The notes below the pieces were generated by a model, which did not search any database, had not been told where the DNA came from, and saw only the letters and a program-made list of their open reading frames with translations. A DNA stretch of 64,000 nt. It comes from Octopus vulgaris (lineage: Eukaryota). Location: positions 18,104,001-18,168,000 of the forward strand of contig OX597837.1 in assembly GCA_951406725.2 (NCBI GenBank), written 5' to 3'. A program made the translations under genes and the position numbers. Shown here in pieces: positions 62,168-64,000 of the stretch. How positions within the stretch are numbered: the first letter of the stretch is position 1; each line of letters opens with the position of its first letter.

Positions 62168-62199
62168 TGTATATACCCACACAGATACATGCATATGGG

Positions 62200-62470
62200 T
62201 GTTGCACACACTGTTGTTAGACTATGGGTTCAATTCCTGGACTGAGTGGCACATGGTGTTTTTGGGCAAAACTCTTCATTTCATATTGCTCCAGTCCACT
62301 CAGCTATAAATGGGTAACCCTGCAATGGATTTGCTTTCTTATCAGGGGTAGTGCTGGCCTGCTCTCACCTAACCAGTAGGATAGCATCATTTGAAAGCTA
62401 ACACAACGCAAAGCACACTGTGACCAGCAATATATAACAACATCCAATAGTCTGATTAATCATATGATTG
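62200..62470 (+). mobile_element. Decayed SINE of a further family
   Basis: B-box-like GGGTTCAATTCC followed by ttgggcaaaac...ctccagtccactcagctataaatgggta, a central motif shared by widespread metazoan SINEs. Confidence 0.55.
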
Positions 62471-63178
62471 TGTGTGTGTAAATAAGCATTCATCCTACTT
62501 TGGTGTGATCTAATCTGTTGTGTTAGGATGTTTAATGGACCAATGTATCAGTAATGTACATATCCCTTCATCTAACATTTACATTCCTCATCCTTAACTT
62601 GTAAGAAACTTGAAGGTGATGTCCTCATCATTTGACTTCAGATTCTTTCCAATGGAAGCATTGGTTAAATAGCTAGAGTTTCTCATTTTTTCCAGTCTGA
62701 GCTGTTCTTCACTGTCTTATTATAGTTGAAATTAAAAGTACCCAGTTGATTAGTTTCACACAAAGCTATACTAAAGATGTCTCTTCTAATTTCACTGTTT
62801 ACCATCTGTCTCTCCTCTTACTAAATTATAATTTTTATTTACATTTTAATTTTGCTACTTTTTGTTTCAATACCCTATCCTCTAAACTTGCATAGGTTGG
62901 CTGACTTTGCAAATAGAAACACTTTCATATTGTAAATTGTTATAGTTGACTACACCTTCATAGTCTTCAATCACTCAACTGTGACCTAGGAGTGGTTGTA
63001 TATTTATTTTATTCAATTCGAGTAATTTGTCTTGCTAAATTTGTTATACAATCTAAAAGTTTATCTTGCAACAGAAATAAGTTCTTTTGCAGTTGACTGC
63101 CTCTCCATAATACTGACCACTCAACAATGATTTAGAAGCAGTTTGTAAAATGTAAACATTGTGTTTAAGTTCATTTAA

Positions 63179-64000
63179 CCCTTTCCTTACCAAACCGCCC
63201 AAAGCCGCCCGAAAAAAATTTTGCTTAATGTGACCAAACCCGCCCGAATTTACCTATTCATATTTAAATGAGAATATCAGAGCAAATCTCTTTCGTACAT
63301 TTGTGAAAACATGTGATTATGCTTCGTAAACAGTTCATCTACAGTTTTGTACAAAGATCGTGTAATTTTAATTCCCTAAATTTTGGGAGATTTTTTTCCA
63401 CATTTTTTTCGGCATCGATTTTTCTTCAACTTTGAAAATAGATAGGAGTTTCATGTTATCAAGCATTGATTCCGAATTGGAAAATTTGTGAAACAAATAC
63501 TGGGTACTGTTGTGGATTTAGTTTTTATACAGGGAAACTAATGTTAGTCAGCATGGCTTAGGGTATGATGTGGTCTTGAAGTTATTGTTTGAAGCGATCA
63601 ATGCGGAAACAAACTTACGCAGAACGTAAACAAACACAAAATGGGGGTTCAAATTTTGGAAAATTTGTGAAGCAAATACTGGGTACTGCGTGGATTTAGT
63701 TTTTATACAGGGAAAATAATGGCCTAGGGAACGATGTGGTCTGGAATTTATCACTTCCATACCATAACCAGGGCCGTATATTATTTTTTGACCGATTTCT
63801 TTAGTTCGGTCAAACTTACGGTGGATTCCAATATTTCAGTTTATTCTACCTTTATGGTACACCTGTTGTGCATTAAATTCAACTAATGATATAGTGATGT
63901 GCACAATTCTTATTTATCAAAATTTTGTTGCATACCCATTTGAATATTAGCTGATGATTCATTTCCTATGGTGATGTTTAAACAAAATTTTAATATTTTG
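63179..64000. mobile_element. Left end of a piggyBac-like element running off the window
   Basis: TTAA|CCCTTT terminus at 63175-63184, subterminal repeats accaaaccgccc (2 copies), an internal ~70-bp direct repeat (about 63477 and 63656), and CpGs retained relative to the flanks. Confidence 0.65.

Overview
AT-rich, microsatellite-dense animal genomic DNA. From my recognition of its SINE families it is most likely a coleoid cephalopod (Octopus); this is inference, not a database result. I can support no intact host protein-coding gene, tRNA, rRNA or CRISPR array. A CpG-rich, promoter-like block (about 10.1-18.5 kb, with YY1, E-box and ETS motifs at 10.2-10.6 kb) is flanked by CpG-depleted, intron-like DNA. 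The flanks hold transposon remains: CR1-group, RTE and Ingi/Vingi-like LINE pieces, Penelope-like (PLE) fragments, a full-length decayed DD37D (maT) transposon, Tc1/mariner fragments, piggyBac/hAT/other MITEs, a Helitron end and several tRNA-derived SINE families. The most notable observations are: (1) an HDV-like ribozyme fold at the 5' end of an RTE-type leader; (2) several hammerhead-like motifs with a non-canonical 8-nt core in unrelated short repeats; (3) several long fold-back palindromes; (4) internal TE fragments bounded on both sides by (TA)n tracts; (5) an orphan Myb/SANT-like ORF behind a long polypurine tract. All folds and motif matches were made by eye and are untested.
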